From assembly GCF_018977255.1 (NCBI RefSeq), contig NW_024704743.1, positions 13,270,001-13,334,000 of the forward strand: a DNA stretch of 64,000 bases. Direction: 5' to 3'. The translations under genes were made by a program, and so were the position numbers. Of this stretch, positions 25,986 to 38,815 are shown one piece after another. The stretch is from Callorhinchus milii (lineage: Eukaryota). The notes under the pieces are model-generated. The model made no database searches. It saw only the letters and a program-made list of their open reading frames with translations, and had not been told where the DNA came from. Positions within the stretch are counted from its first letter, which is position 1; the number at the start of each line of letters is the position of its first letter.

Positions 25986-26730
25986 TATCCTTGTAGTGCC
26001 CAGGCAGCTGCTAGGACAATTATTGTTTTTGAGGAGTGAATCAATGCTGTTGTTTGGAGTTTCTATCCACTTACATTCACCTCCATGTGGGGAAAACTTT
26101 CTGCTCGTCCCACTTGAAACTCCTTTCATTTTAAACTTGTATCTCTGGTTTTGCATTTATGGCCTAAGAGAAATTGGCTGCTTACATCTGGAGCATCTGT
26201 TCCTCTCATCATTTTAAAGACTTATATTCTGACCCATTGACATTCCACAGACCTAATGCTAGGAAGAGGAATTTATTTACATTTTACAACATTCAGCACT
26301 GGTTCACCACATCTTGTAGTGTCATTATTTTCAAGCAGTAGAACATGAAGAGATAACATTGGGTAATGTTAAGCGCGTTTCATAAATACTCCTTTCAAAG
26401 TTAAATCGGTATATAAAAACAGGGCTGACAGCTGTGCATTGCTGCGTGCAGCTTGAGAAACATGCCATCAATCACACAGAGGAGTGTGCTCAAATGGCTC
26501 ATCTGTGTTTCCAGCTTCAGAAGTTGCAGGGCAATAGGCTTGAAAAGGCAATAATAATAATAATCCTTGCATTTGATATCATGTGGTTGAGACATCTCAA
26601 GGCGCTTCACAGAATATATTGTAAAGCTGATTTGCTGTGTATTTTGTGGGTGAAATGTTAATTGCGCATAATGTGTCCCACAACAGTCATGGATTGAATG
26701 ACCACATTTTTGGGGGGAGGGACTATTATC

Positions 26731-26936
26731 CTTGCCAACCTGGACCTATACTTTCTGGAATTAGGTAAGCAGGCTGCATCCCTCCAGGGACAGAGTGTGC
26801 ATTCCATTCCAACAATCTTTCTCTGGAATTTCCATGTGTAAGTGGGATGCATGCAATTCTCAGTTTGGTTTGGATACTCTTAAGCATGGTGATGGATTTC
26901 CACATGTGTCAGACACCCAGCTGACCCCCTAAAAAA
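26731..26936 (+). repeat. Family C repeat, A-tail-proximal part
   Basis: Reverse complement of 929-1130. Ends CAGCTGACCCCCTAAAAAA. Confidence 0.8.
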
Positions 26937-26944
26937 CTATTTGT

Positions 26945-27157
26945 TCCCTGGACAGATGCACCCTCCTTACCTACATCCAGAAAATATTAGGCACAGGTTG
27001 GAAAAAAAACAAGGCTCTGGGACCCTGGAGTGTACTTTGGAGGTACTGCTGGAGTTTAACCAGTTTGCCATTGAAAGCAATGTTTGGCACTGCTTGTCCA
27101 ACTAGGACCATCTTGCCTGTTAGGACTTTGGCTCACAGGGTTATCAAGAGCTGAGTG
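26945..27157 (-). repeat. Family C repeat, distal part in opposite orientation
   Basis: Collinear with 1068-1290 and 60298-60510. Confidence 0.75.
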
Positions 27158-27258
27158 GGAAGCTTTCCTGCCCAGTTTGCCATTCCAACTCCTACCAATG
27201 AGCAGGTTGGGCTGTCCTGAGGTACTGCTGAGCCATATGGTTCAGGTACCAGTGTACC

Positions 27259-27584
27259 AGTCCTGTAGCTCAGTGGTTAGAGCACTCACTTTGCAAGCGA
27301 GAGACCTGAGTTCAATTCCAAGCAGAGGGCGAAACTTTGGGCAAGTTTCCTTACTCCACACAGAGCCTAATAATAATCCCTCCAAAAACCAAAAACAATA
27401 ATTAAATTTGTCATTTTCAATCTACGAATGTTTGTGGGACACTGCTGTGCCCAATTGGCTGCCGCGTTTGCACACAAATATACAGTCAATTCACTTTACA
27501 GTGTGTCCTGTGAAGCGCTTTGGGACGTCCTCCCGACGTGAAAAGCGCTATATCAAACGCAAGGATTATTATTATTATTATTAT
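27259..27584 (+). mobile_element. Short young SINE
   Basis: AGTCCTGTAGCTCAGTGG..GGGACGTCCTCCCGACGTGAAAAGCGC..(TTA)n. Confidence 0.9.
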
Positions 27585-27853
27585 CATGTCTTCAAGTCAT
27601 CGCAAAGTGCTTCACGGAATATACTGTAAAGTGAATTCACTGTATATTTTGTGGGAGCCAATTGCACACAGCAGTATCCCACAAATAGTTGTGAATTGAG
27701 TGACCAAATTATTATTATTATTTTATTTTGAAGGAATTGTTACCCCCGGAAAAGCCATGTTCCTATTTACTGCTAGGTAAACAGAGGCGTGTGGAGTAAT
27801 GAAACTTGCCCAATATTTTGCCCTGCTGGGAATCGAACCCAGGTCTCTCGCTT
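27585..27853 (-). mobile_element. Long subfamily SINE, truncated at both ends
   Basis: TGCTAGGTAAACAGAGGCGTGTGGAGTAA..GGGAATCGAACCCAGGTCTCTCGCTTG. Confidence 0.85.
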
Positions 27854-28774
27854 GAGTCCAATGTCTCAAGCCCATGTTATAACGAGGCACAATAAAATGG
27901 TCAAATTGTAGGTTGTCAGGTTGACGCTGACATCACTTCCTGCTTGCTGCCCAAGAAATGCTACTCCTATCCCTTTGCAAAGTGTTAATAGGGGCGAGCA
28001 TGAATGAGCAGAAAGTGGCATTAATGGCAACCTGAGGCCTTAGAAGTCGGCCCTTTTTTGCAGTGACAGGATTTGAATGGCACATCTTCGATTTTTAAGT
28101 AAGAAAATGAACCTATGCCATGTTGAAGCAGAGCACATTATAACAAGGCTATACTGTTTGTGGATTGTATTGCAAATGAATTTATTAAATTCTTGATTTA
28201 AATAGAAAACAGTTCAAAAGAAATAGCCTTGCAATAGTATTTTAAGACAACATATCACATTTAAGTGCACAGTGTAAAATAGTATTTAAAATAGAATAAT
28301 GATTACTTCAGCATAATCACAAGTAATTGAATCAATGGTGCAGATGATATCTTAAAATGTGACAGCAAAGTTTGAGCAGTTTATAGTTGCCATCTGAACC
28401 CTGGGATCAGATAACTGTCTTAAATAACTCCCTGGTACCTATTCCTACTTATAATAATCTCTGTTTTATGTGGAGGTTTGTGTTTAGTTTCTGAGCAAGC
28501 CACAGCTGTCAATTTTGATACTGACTGAGACTGAACTCCATGTCCTTTGGGCATCCTGACCCAGTGATTACAGAAAAAATATAATTATAGCATATCTTAT
28601 AGAATCATAAAAATAATAATCCTTGTATTTGATATAGCACCTTATCACGTCATTGAAACGTCTCAAAGCACTTCACATGAAGTGATTTTATTACTTATCT
28701 GGGACATTACTGTGCACAAATTGGCTGCCACATTCACCTACAAATACTTAGTTACCTCACATGGCAATAAATCT

Positions 28775-29042
28775 TCGTCGGAATTGTTTATAGCCTTTGC
28801 CTCACAAGCGAGAAGATCCGGGTTTGATTCCCGGGCATGGTGAAACCTTAGGCAAGTTTCCTCACTCTACAAACCTCTGAAACATCCTCCCGACGTGAAA
28901 GACGCTATACAAATGTAATTGCTTTGTTGTTGTTGTTTACCTTGTAGTAAGTAGGAACCTGGTTGTTAGTCAATTGGTGGATTGCTTTTCCGTGGGTAAT
29001 AATCCCTTAAAAAAATGATAATAGTAATTTGGTCACTCACTA
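28775..29042 (+). mobile_element. Long SINE 5' part interrupted by an inverted L2 tail (28880-28935 region)
   Basis: The head runs to AAACCTCTG. An L2 tail (CATCCTCCCGACGTGAAAGACGCTATAC..TTGTTGTTG) follows, and the SINE then resumes as TTTACCTTGTAGTAAGTAGGAACC. The L2 tail is actually on the + strand, in the same orientation as the SINE. Confidence 0.75.
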
Positions 29043-30469
29043 AAGACCTTCCTTTTAGATCATGCTTACGGTTACCCTCTCTCCCTGGCTCGGGGTCAGA
29101 CTCCGACACTGTCAAGGGCTCCAGTACAGTACCCCGCGTGAAAGGTGCTATATAAGTGCAAGTTGTTGTTGTTATAGCACACATTTTGAATGCACAGGAA
29201 ATGCCGTAAGCAGCATTTCCTGCATAAAGATCATACATGCATCATGCACAGGAAGTGACATCAACGAAAACTTGATGACCCAGTTTCAAACAATTTATCA
29301 CACTTCACTTATAACACGATCTGCCCCAAAGTGACCATGTTATAATATGGTTGCTCTAACCAGCACTTTAAGGGCTATTCCTAGTCACTCGTGGCACTTG
29401 ATGTGATGATTATTGTAATACCACCTTAACCAGAAAATAAATTTGAGTGAAGTTGGTAAATAACACTCCAATGTTCATTGTGATTAAAAAGTACAACAAC
29501 TGTATTGTGACAGAGGCAGGGAATAGGGTCATGGGTCAAAATGTAGTGATACTCATGTGGGATGTCCTCCCGACGCGAAAGGTGCTATACAAATGTAATC
29601 TTGTTATTGTTGTTGGACTAATTGTGTTATCAATTGGCCTCATTGACTGCATTTATCACTAATAATATAACAATCTTTGTATTTGATATAATGCCTTATC
29701 ACGTCATCATAATTTGTCAAAGCGCTTCACAGGATTTACTGTAAATTGTGGTGACTGTGTTTCTACGGGCAGTGGTGTGATAATCAACATACCAGAATTT
29801 TCACCTTGGTAGTTCAGAGAGTGCCTTATTGAAGGAACAGTCCTCTGAATGTAACCCTTGGTCTAGACAGCACATGTGTCACTTAACCATACTTTTACAC
29901 TTGGCTCATGATACAGTCACGCTGACAGCAAAACAGAAAATTTTATATTTTATGGAACAGTGGCACTATTTAAAAAAACTGGCACCAACATCCACAGAGC
30001 AGATGGAAGCTGAGTCCAAAGCGTCAGGGTAATGAAAAGCAGAAATAGAGCGTTGTGCGTGGAATTTTCCACCAAGATTAATTTTATAAACCTGAGCTCA
30101 AGCCCATGGCCATATTGTGCTGTGGCTGTGTGCCCACACCTACAATCCAGCGATATTTCCCCATCAATCACAGAAATTTATTTGTACAGCTCTGCAATCA
30201 AGCTGACCACTAGTGGCTTTCATACTGGCGGGGGAGAAAAAGGGGGGAAAACATTTCTCTTTCACGCAGAAAGCCAGCAAAATACAGATAGACATCCAAA
30301 CCTCTCCTGTGAATGCAGAAGAATGTAAAAAATGCTTTACACTCTGCCTCTTCTATGAACTGAACACCTGGCCATTCTGACACATTTCCATAGAATACAG
30401 CACATTTGGTTCATTTGTTTAATAGAATCTTCAACTCAACAACAATTTACGTTTATTTTATGTAATCAA

Positions 30470-30735
30470 TGATAATAAAGAAAGTGGAAGATAACCTACG
30501 TAAAAATAATCTAATAATTGACAGTCAGTACAGATTCAGAAAGGATAGGCCTTGTCTGACCAATCCCATACCCTTTATCATTGACTATGGGAAGCAAAAT
30601 AAATATGGTATATCTAGAATTTAAAAGGAGTTTGACAAAGTACCACAGGAAAGATTCCTTTACAAACTGTAGTTATTGGGTATCAAGGGACGTGGATTCA
30701 GAATTGGCTGAAGGGAAAGAAATAAGTGGTTGCTT
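30470..30735 (+). mobile_element. Old CR1 RT fragment
   Basis: Degenerate Q.RF.KDR.CLTN and VYLEFKR.(F)DKVP motifs. Confidence 0.65.
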
Positions 30736-31038
30736 GTTAGGGAAGGTAGGTCAAAATAGGAGAGGTACAGTAAACTCCTGATAGCTTGACTTGTCACCAC
30801 CACTTAAATCACCATGTCAATATCCCAGCAGCTTCCCATGTAAAACGTAAAAAAAACTTTACTTGTCATTTTGCTTAACATTTTACTAATCACATTCTGG
30901 AAATTCTTGTAAGTATTCACAATGTAAAATTGTTTGGATTACTCGTTCTTTAAGATGGCGTCTTGCAACGAAGAAACTTCCTGCCCTATCCTATGATTGA
31001 TGCAGGCACTCGGCAGAGGTTTTGTGCATTTGCTCAGA

Positions 31039-33797
31039 TGCATCATAGAGGCCTCTGTGACAGAATTGGATGGGAGGCCATGGGCTGAGCCAATAGAAAT
31101 GTACGGAAATATTTCCCCAAAAATGCGGCGAGCTTTACAAATTTTGCGGGGGATTGCAGCACAACTTGCTAAGTTTTGCAGAAAATTGAGGAGGGTTCAT
31201 TGATCTACTGAGAGATGCATTTCGTTGCTAACCTACATTTTTTCTCTTTTCTCATTTTTAAAAACTAAACGTGAAGAAATAACACATCATAGGTTATTGG
31301 GAAAAAATTTATTCATGTTTTCTTTTACAAAAACAGAACATTTCAAAATTTTGAAAGTGTTGACTTTCAAAGGATGCAAAAGTGCAGTTTCAACACAGTT
31401 TGCAGAAAAATTTAAATTTTCAAAATCAAATTTTCACAGAAACAAACAAAAAAGTCTCAGCCGAAAGTTTAGCGCTGGTTACATTTTAACGTGAGAAGCA
31501 TCTTTATATTTCCTTCTGTTAGGCTTTATCTATTATCTTTGAGGAGGTCTGAATAAACAGAAAATGACCTTTCAACATCAGCTGTGCTCACTCGTAGCCA
31601 AACGTACCTTTTTACAATTTTAACAAGTTTCACAAGTGGCTCAGGCTGAGCTCCCCACCATGCTGCTATTTTGTGGTTAGCTGAGATATTTTCTCCAGCT
31701 GCTTTATAAGCATGCATTTCGAAGTTTGAAAGGGCAGGAATCATATTACTATAAGTGTTTTTCTGCATCCATTGTTGTTAGCTGGTGAGGAATAAAAATA
31801 CAAACTGCTTTGTAGGTAGCAATTGACAGGTACTTTTTCAAAATCAGTTCCAACTTTTCACTGCTGTCTTGCCTGATTTTCTGGAAAATGGTTGAAACCT
31901 ACCTCTCTCTCACTCTCAAGACAGGCTGACAACTTTTCTACTGTCTTTGGTCTGTACTCCTGTGCTCCAGCAGCAGCACAGAAATCAATAAACAAATGTA
32001 AATTTTGCACCCGTAAGTACAGATTGTGGCCCTGAAGCACAGCTGTTGCCTAACATTCTTCAATGAGTTTTATGAGCTCAGATGAGTGCTCTGTGACAAA
32101 GGTTGCTTGGGCTTGCAATTCTGCAGCATTATTGTTCAAGAACATTTTCATTTTCTTTCGCTGTTAAGGCCTCTGATGCGATTCCTTGAAGAAATTCTGC
32201 CAAGACAGAATACAAATATACAAATATTCAACAGCCTTCACCCAGGAGCACCAACGTGTCTGAACAGCAAACACTGGCATCTATTGTTTAATTCCATCCT
32301 TCTTTCCATAAATTCCAAGTACTGATGCCAGCCTATTGGACTTTGGCAGAAGATATTCTTGACTTTAGCAACCACTGTGTTTAAGTCCTCCAGTATAACA
32401 GGTTAAATTTCCAAAATCAAGCTCAGAAAATGGGCAATGCATAGAATATGTATTGTGTTACGAAATGATCCGGACAAATTTGTGTTAAATGTTTTAATCA
32501 TGTAGTTTACACTGTCTATGGCAACTGCAAGCACTTTAGCAAAGTTAACTATTTTTACATTTAAAACGTGGTGTGGTTTGCTGCAAGAATTCAACTCCAA
32601 TAAGAAGAAGCTTTTCCCCAACTTTCTGCAATGGTTGTGCCAGCACTGGCAGAACACTGTGCACACAGGAATCAGTGGTCTCATCCGTGTCCTCAACATG
32701 TTTTTTCAATAATACTTTATGCTCAGGAATAAGCTCCTTCAAGTATGTATTCTGAAGCTGTGATGGTGTTGGAATAGTCCCTCCATGTTCGCTGTACTTG
32801 CATAGAAACTCTTCAAAGGCAGGAGCTTTTTCAAATGGTCTGTCTGCACCAGTCAAACACTTCACAAAGTCCAAAATGATTTTTTTCCTCTCCATAGAGA
32901 AGTAGGTTGTCAGAGCAAGTTGTCTTTGAGGTCCAGATCCACCTAGAAAGGAAAAAATAAAAATTGATCTTCATGATGCATTTGTCATTTGTTTTTGTTT
33001 GCTGTGGTTGTTTTATGTGCTTCTAAAATTCAATCAAAAAGGAGGGAGATTAACTTTTGTAATCATTAAGATTTTCTTTCAAAATTCAAGTGAAAGCAAA
33101 TAATGATACCTTTTCATTTAATATATATTATTATATATACCAAAAGCAATTTCTCTTCATTTTTTCCCCTTATTGCCACTGTCTAGCATTCACAATGTTT
33201 CCGAGATTTCATGTGCTCATCAATGCAAACATGGTCAATTGTGTGACAGCAAATACGGCAAAACAGCTGCCCCCCCGCCATAAAGGTCATCTGGAGAGAG
33301 TACAATTCTATCTGAGGGACAGACGGAAAATGAGACGTGCTGCCCCTTGGCTTATTCCCGGGATTTACAAACAAGTTTGACGTGTTTGTATTGTATAACC
33401 TAAAAAGTGAAACACCAAAAAGTGTGGTTATGTTTCAAATACTAAATATTTTAATTTGAATAGTACAGCACTTACCAAGATTTCATCACAGTCGTGTGGT
33501 GTGTGACGCAGCAGCTTTCCTACCAGTGAAGTCCATTTCCCGCACATGCAGCTTCCTCGATCCCCAAATTCACCGCGCCACGCATGCATGCTCGGAGCCT
33601 CTCCAGCCAGAGTAGCAGCATCAAGCAAATGGCGCGAGAGGTCTGGGGTCTAGTGCACTGTATGGGAAGTACTCGAGGGCCTGTTTGTAGCGGACGAGGG
33701 TCATTGTAGGGGAAAATGTTGAAGAGGTGCGCTCACATTTTTGGATTGGCCCAGGCCATGGGGCAGTTCTCAATAAACCAGAGACCTCTGTGATGCA
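31039..33797 (-). mobile_element. Decayed hAT DNA transposon related to CGGBP1
   Basis: Transposase remnants (next feature) are flanked by an imperfect inverted repeat. TGCATCATAGAGGCCTCTG at 31039 matches the reverse complement TGCATCACAGAGGTCTCTG ending at 33797. Confidence 0.8.
31526..33330 (-). pseudogene. CGGBP1-like hAT transposase pseudogene
   Basis: In order on the minus strand: zinc finger GGQLFCRICCHTIDHV..IDEHMKSRKH; DFVKCLTGADRPFEK..FLCKY..GGTIP..QLQNTYL; DETTD; DSVNYM; HILCIAH; WW..STADVERSFSVYSDLL. Multiple frameshifts and stops. Confidence 0.88.
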
Positions 33798-33872
33798 GGA
33801 CACCACCCGAGTGCATTCCATTCAGATATAGGGACATTTCCATGTGTAGATGGTATACATATAATATTCCCA

Positions 33873-34253
33873 ATAATAATAATCCTTGCATTTGATATAG
33901 TGCCTTATCACATTGTCGAGACATCTCAAAGCACCTAACAGAACATACTGTAAAGTGAATTGACTATATATTTTGTGGGCAAAATGTGGCAACCAATTGT
34001 GCAAAGCAGTGTCCCACGAACAGGGATGGATTGAGTGACCAAACTATTATTTGTGTTTTTTTGTAGGAGGGATTATTACCCCCGGAAAGCCATCCGACAA
34101 TCAACCAACAACTGGGTTTCTACTTACTCCTAGTTCAACAGAAGCATGTGGAGTAAGGAAACTAGCCTAAGGTTTTACCCCACCTGGGAATCGAATCTGG
34201 GTCCTCTCGTTTGCAAGGCGATTGCTCTAACCAATATACTGCAGGACTCCACA
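33873..34253 (-). mobile_element. Long subfamily SINE, full length, inserted in a family C repeat
   Basis: Runs from the (AAT)n tail to GCAGGACTCCACA. Family C sequence lies on both sides (33808-33870 and 34255-34340). Confidence 0.88.
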
Positions 34254-35184
34254 TATGTGGAACACTCATTCTAGTTTGGATACTCTTAAGCATGGAGATA
34301 GGTTTCACATGTGAAAGACACCTGGCTGACCAAAACAAAATGTCAGTCTAGTGAGTGAGTGTTAGCAGGAAATTCAACTGTGGGTGAGGGGACGCAGAGC
34401 AGCACAGGCAACCTGGTGCTGTCTTCACCCAATGTGCACTGTGTGATTGATGACATGATGTAATCTGAAGCTGAAAATTAGATGACAGCCTATGTCTGTT
34501 ATTATTTAGAATACATCCTGTTTCCATTTAGCTCAAAGCTTTGCCTCAGTTTCTCCTTGGCCTCCGTGCCAGCTGTGGTTCTCAGTGTGCTGAGCAGAGG
34601 ATTAATAAGTGTCAAAGGTTTGTGCAGAAATAGTATGCAGTTGTCTGCTGGTGTGAGGTGTATCAATGCTGTGTTTATGTTGCAGAGCTGGTTCAACTGC
34701 CCTGGAATATCCTCAACTCCTGAGATCTACCTGCCTAGACCTCAGGGTACATTTCAGTTCACCAGGGCCGATAAACACACACAACTTTACGAATAAGCAG
34801 CTGTTTATTGAAGGCGTTTTCCGAAATTATTTTTCATCTTTAACTTTATATCCTGCAAATTAAAGTTGCAGAAATCTGATATTCTGGGCAACAGACCTTC
34901 ATTGGATTTTTACCAAAATCTGTATAGGGCAGTGACAGAAAGTCTACTTTACTGAGCTGTATCTTCTTTGGAGGTGCAGAGGAGACATAAGCAATGTCAC
35001 CTTGGGGCTTAACTGGCTCCAAGGTGATGTGTCTGGCAAGGGAATATTGGAATTGAGGCAATCCTACCTGGTGATCTCAGTAGCCCAGTTCATGAGTCAA
35101 AACCCTGTGCAGTACTCCAAGACACTGATGATGACATGATGATAGCCATAGCAACTTGGCTCATCAATAGGATTTGGAGGGGCA

Positions 35185-35463
35185 GGCCTGTTAACACCGC
35201 CTAATGGGTAAGGTGATCCAAGCTGGACAAATAACAGGAAGCTTGCCAGACAACACTCTCAATGGCAAGCTATATGTTTTTAACTAGTTAAACTCTGGCA
35301 ATAGCCCAGCAGATATTCAAGTGTTGGCCCTTCCAACCTGCGCCGAGTAATGTGGTTTATTTAAGGACGACGTGTAGAGAAAGTATGCATTCCAGTCCAG
35401 ACACAGAGAAATGTCCGGGCATACATAAATGGAACCTTCCAACTGGTTTAGATGCTCTTAAGC
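35185..35463 (+). repeat. Family C repeat, diverged
   Basis: CCTGTTAAC..AGCTGGACAA..GGAAGCTTGCCAGACA..CTCAATGGCAAGCTAT..GATGCTCTTAAGC. Confidence 0.7.
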
Positions 35464-38429
35464 TCTGTTTTTTTTATCTATGAGCGTTAATAAAATGATG
35501 TTTAAATGTGAGCATTTCATTGTTAGTGATTTTCCAGAGCGGTTGAGCCATTTTCTTGAACAAACTTTAAGAGAAAAGAGACATCAGCACTGTAATATCT
35601 GGCCATGTGATCAATAAAAATAGGCTGGAGGGAAGGTTACACTAGTCTGGCCATGAATGAATATCTGATATTAACTTACACTACAGCAGAGCTGTCACAG
35701 ACCAAATCACCATCTACTTAACAAGGTTAGACAGATGCAATACATTTACACAAATCACCTGCACACAGAACTTTCCCAGTGACCAGCTTTGAAGTCCAAA
35801 GCAAAAGTGGCCATCTTCTGTGTTGTCAGGTTGTAACTGACGGCACTTCCTGGGTGCTACATTCATGTGTGTTCTGAGCAGGAAGTGCCGCACGCACAGC
35901 CTGCAAGAAATGACATCGGTGGTGACCTGAAGTCAGCCATTTTGTAACAGTGGAAGCCGTCGGGCTGGACAGTAATGTAGCACACGTCCATGAACCGTGG
36001 GCTCAAAGCAGATCTATCCTATAAGGAAACTCCTGCTCTAAAAAGGTGTCTTATAACTGGAACCCTGCAGGTAGGGTAGACTAATCAGGGAGGCTGTGGA
36101 GAAGGACTGTTTGGGGGTATGAAATTGATTGAGAGATAGGATAGAAAGGATTGTGTAAGAATATTAATTCATTTTTAATTTGAGATTAGTCAGATAGACA
36201 GCAGTGCTTTTCTGCTTTTCTTGTCCTGTACTTTCCTATGTTCGTATAGTTTTGTTCCCAGACACTTGGCAGACCTTGGCATTTCTAATAGTGAGACATT
36301 TAATGAAACTTGCTTTGTTAGCTCTTTAGGTCAGGCATGGCACAGACTAGTGCTTGGCACCAAACAGCATGTAGATGTGCAAGAGAAGAAATAACAATGT
36401 ATCTCCAAGTTAGCCAAGCTGTTGTGGAGTTATGGTCAGATAATCTATTATATTACTAAATGGAGGAAACACTTGGAAAATAGCAGCCTCCCTATTAATG
36501 AAAGTTAAAACATTCCTGACACTTTGCAGAATTCAATTCAGACACAGCTTGGGGAGCAATACAGTGTTGGGGGAGTGCAGCATTGTACTAGGTGCCATCC
36601 ATCAGTTGATACGCTAATCTGAGGACCCATTTGCCTGTTCATGCAGAACTATTCAAAAAGAGAAGGGAGTTTTTCCCAATATCCCGATCAATAACCCATA
36701 GATACAGTTGGTCATTTATTTTATGGTGTTTGTGAGACGTTACATGACTGTTCTGCATTTGCCTACAAAATACAGTCATTACACTTACAAAAAATTCTAT
36801 GAAGCACCTTGAGACGTCCTTTTTGATGTGGAAGGTGCTATATCAAACGTAAGGATGAATTTTTTTATTGCTTTATTTAACTATTTCCAAAGTGTCAGGA
36901 TTATGGGCAGTGAAGAAGAAAATGGAGTTTGTTTTAAGCAAGGGAAGGGCAGTTTAGAAACTAAAGGAGAGAGAAGTCAAAAATGAGAGCAGGAGTGGAG
37001 ATGAAGGGACAGCCACAAGGAGATTAGGAAATCCCAGAGGAGCTTCTGGCAAATGTGATAATCCTTAATGTCGATGAGGATCTCCCCAATGATTGTCAAT
37101 AAATAAAGTCAATGAGTAAAGACTGGTTGCAGATATGATCCACCCAACACCCCCCTCACACACACACCTTGACATAGGGCCGGAAACTGAACGATGCAGA
37201 CATCAGGGTAACAGATCAGTGTTGGATTTGCTGTTCACAGACAGGTAGGGTGGCTTTGGTGGGTACAGCTATTGTGATGGGGCTGGGGAGAAGGAGCCCA
37301 ACTGTGAACCAGTTTTTAGATATAAATCAGCTGCATTCATCACATTTACCACATTATGTCACAATTTACACCTTTTGCGTTTCACATTCCTGAGGCAATA
37401 TAAAGTGGGACGTGTTGATTAAACATTTTCTTCCACATTGCTATGCTGCTAGAAGCAAAAGGTTTCTGTTCCCAGTGGCACAACCACAGTATTTGCCTCA
37501 TCAGAGGCCGTGCAGACATCTAAGCTGATCAGCTAAATGTAATTGAGAATTCTCTAACTCATTGACAAAGAGCAGGGAGCGTATCCTGGACCTATGTAGT
37601 GCAGGGCCTCATTATAACTTAGTAGTGAATGGGCTGCAAATCTCACCGGGGGAAGAAGAAAGGAAGAGACACTCCTCATCAAGCAGCGGTATTCTTTTTG
37701 CTGTGTATTCCATTACAAAAGAACAAAATCTCTGTACAAAGCAAAATCTGATTACTTGATAAGAAGGCGGAGTAATGCTGGAGACTAATTCCACTGAGTC
37801 TCTATCCTCCCACACCTCACAATACAAACTATGAGAACTTCCTTCCTTCCCTTCCCCCTGATTGAGGATTTACAATGAGGGCAGCTCGGCAAAGCATGAT
37901 GAGGGATCTCCATCTTGAGTCTCAAATTAATGCATTGTTCATCATTGTGTCATTCCCCACCCCCATACACAAGCCTGCTTCAAATATCCTGAAATAAATG
38001 AACCAGGTCCAGCTTGGAAAGTAAAGAGCTAGGAAATTCCTGTAGGCAGCTCAGCTAGTTTTGAGGTGATGGTGATTGACCATAGTTTTATGTTTAGATC
38101 TCTAGGTGATAAACAAATATGGGAGGGTGTAAGGGTGGGAGCAGAGGGAGCTGGAGATGGCTGGTCCACAGGGCTCAATATGTTCTTGTGCAGCTGGACG
38201 GGAGGATGTAAGGAATATTTTTCAGTGAGAGAAAAGAGGTTTGAATGATCATAATAATAACCCTTGCATTTGATATAGCTCCTTATCACATCTTCTAGAT
38301 GTCTCAAAGTGCTTCACAGAATATACTGTAAAGTGAATTGACTGTATATTTTGTGGGGGAAACTGTGAAAGCATTTTGTGATGCTCTCTCAATGCCCCAA
38401 TTCTCACTATTTTGGTGTAGACATAAAGG

Positions 38430-38815
38430 AATAGCCTGGCTCAGTCAGAAGATGTGGATTCAAGCCCCAGGACTTGAACTCATATAGTCCAAGATAACAT
38501 TCTAATGCTATGTTGGAGGTCTGTTGGATTGCCAGAGGTGCCATCCTTTGGATGAGTCGTTAAATTCAGGTCCTGTCTGCCTGTTCAGGTGGATATTAAA
38601 GACGTCATGGCACTATAGTTCTCGAAAAGAACAGGGAGTTTCTCCTGGTGTCCTGGCCAACAATCTCCCAAATAAAATCAGTCATTTCTTGACTGTTCGT
38701 AGGACATTGCTGTGTGCGGTTGGGCTGCCATGTTCGCCTACAGATACCCTATGCAGTAACTCCTGCGAAGGGCTTTGAGATGTCCCGATGTGAATGGCGC
38801 TATATAAATGTAAAT
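38430..38815 (+). mobile_element. SacSINE1-like DeuSINE
   Basis: GAGGTGCCATCCTTTGGATGAG, TTCAGGTGGAT, GGTGTCCTGGCCAAC and tail. Confidence 0.8.

Noticed and set aside
31526..33374. A functional CGGBP1 gene
   Set aside because: In-frame stops, frameshifts, a retained catalytic region and flanking inverted repeats indicate a dead transposon, so no gene symbol was assigned.
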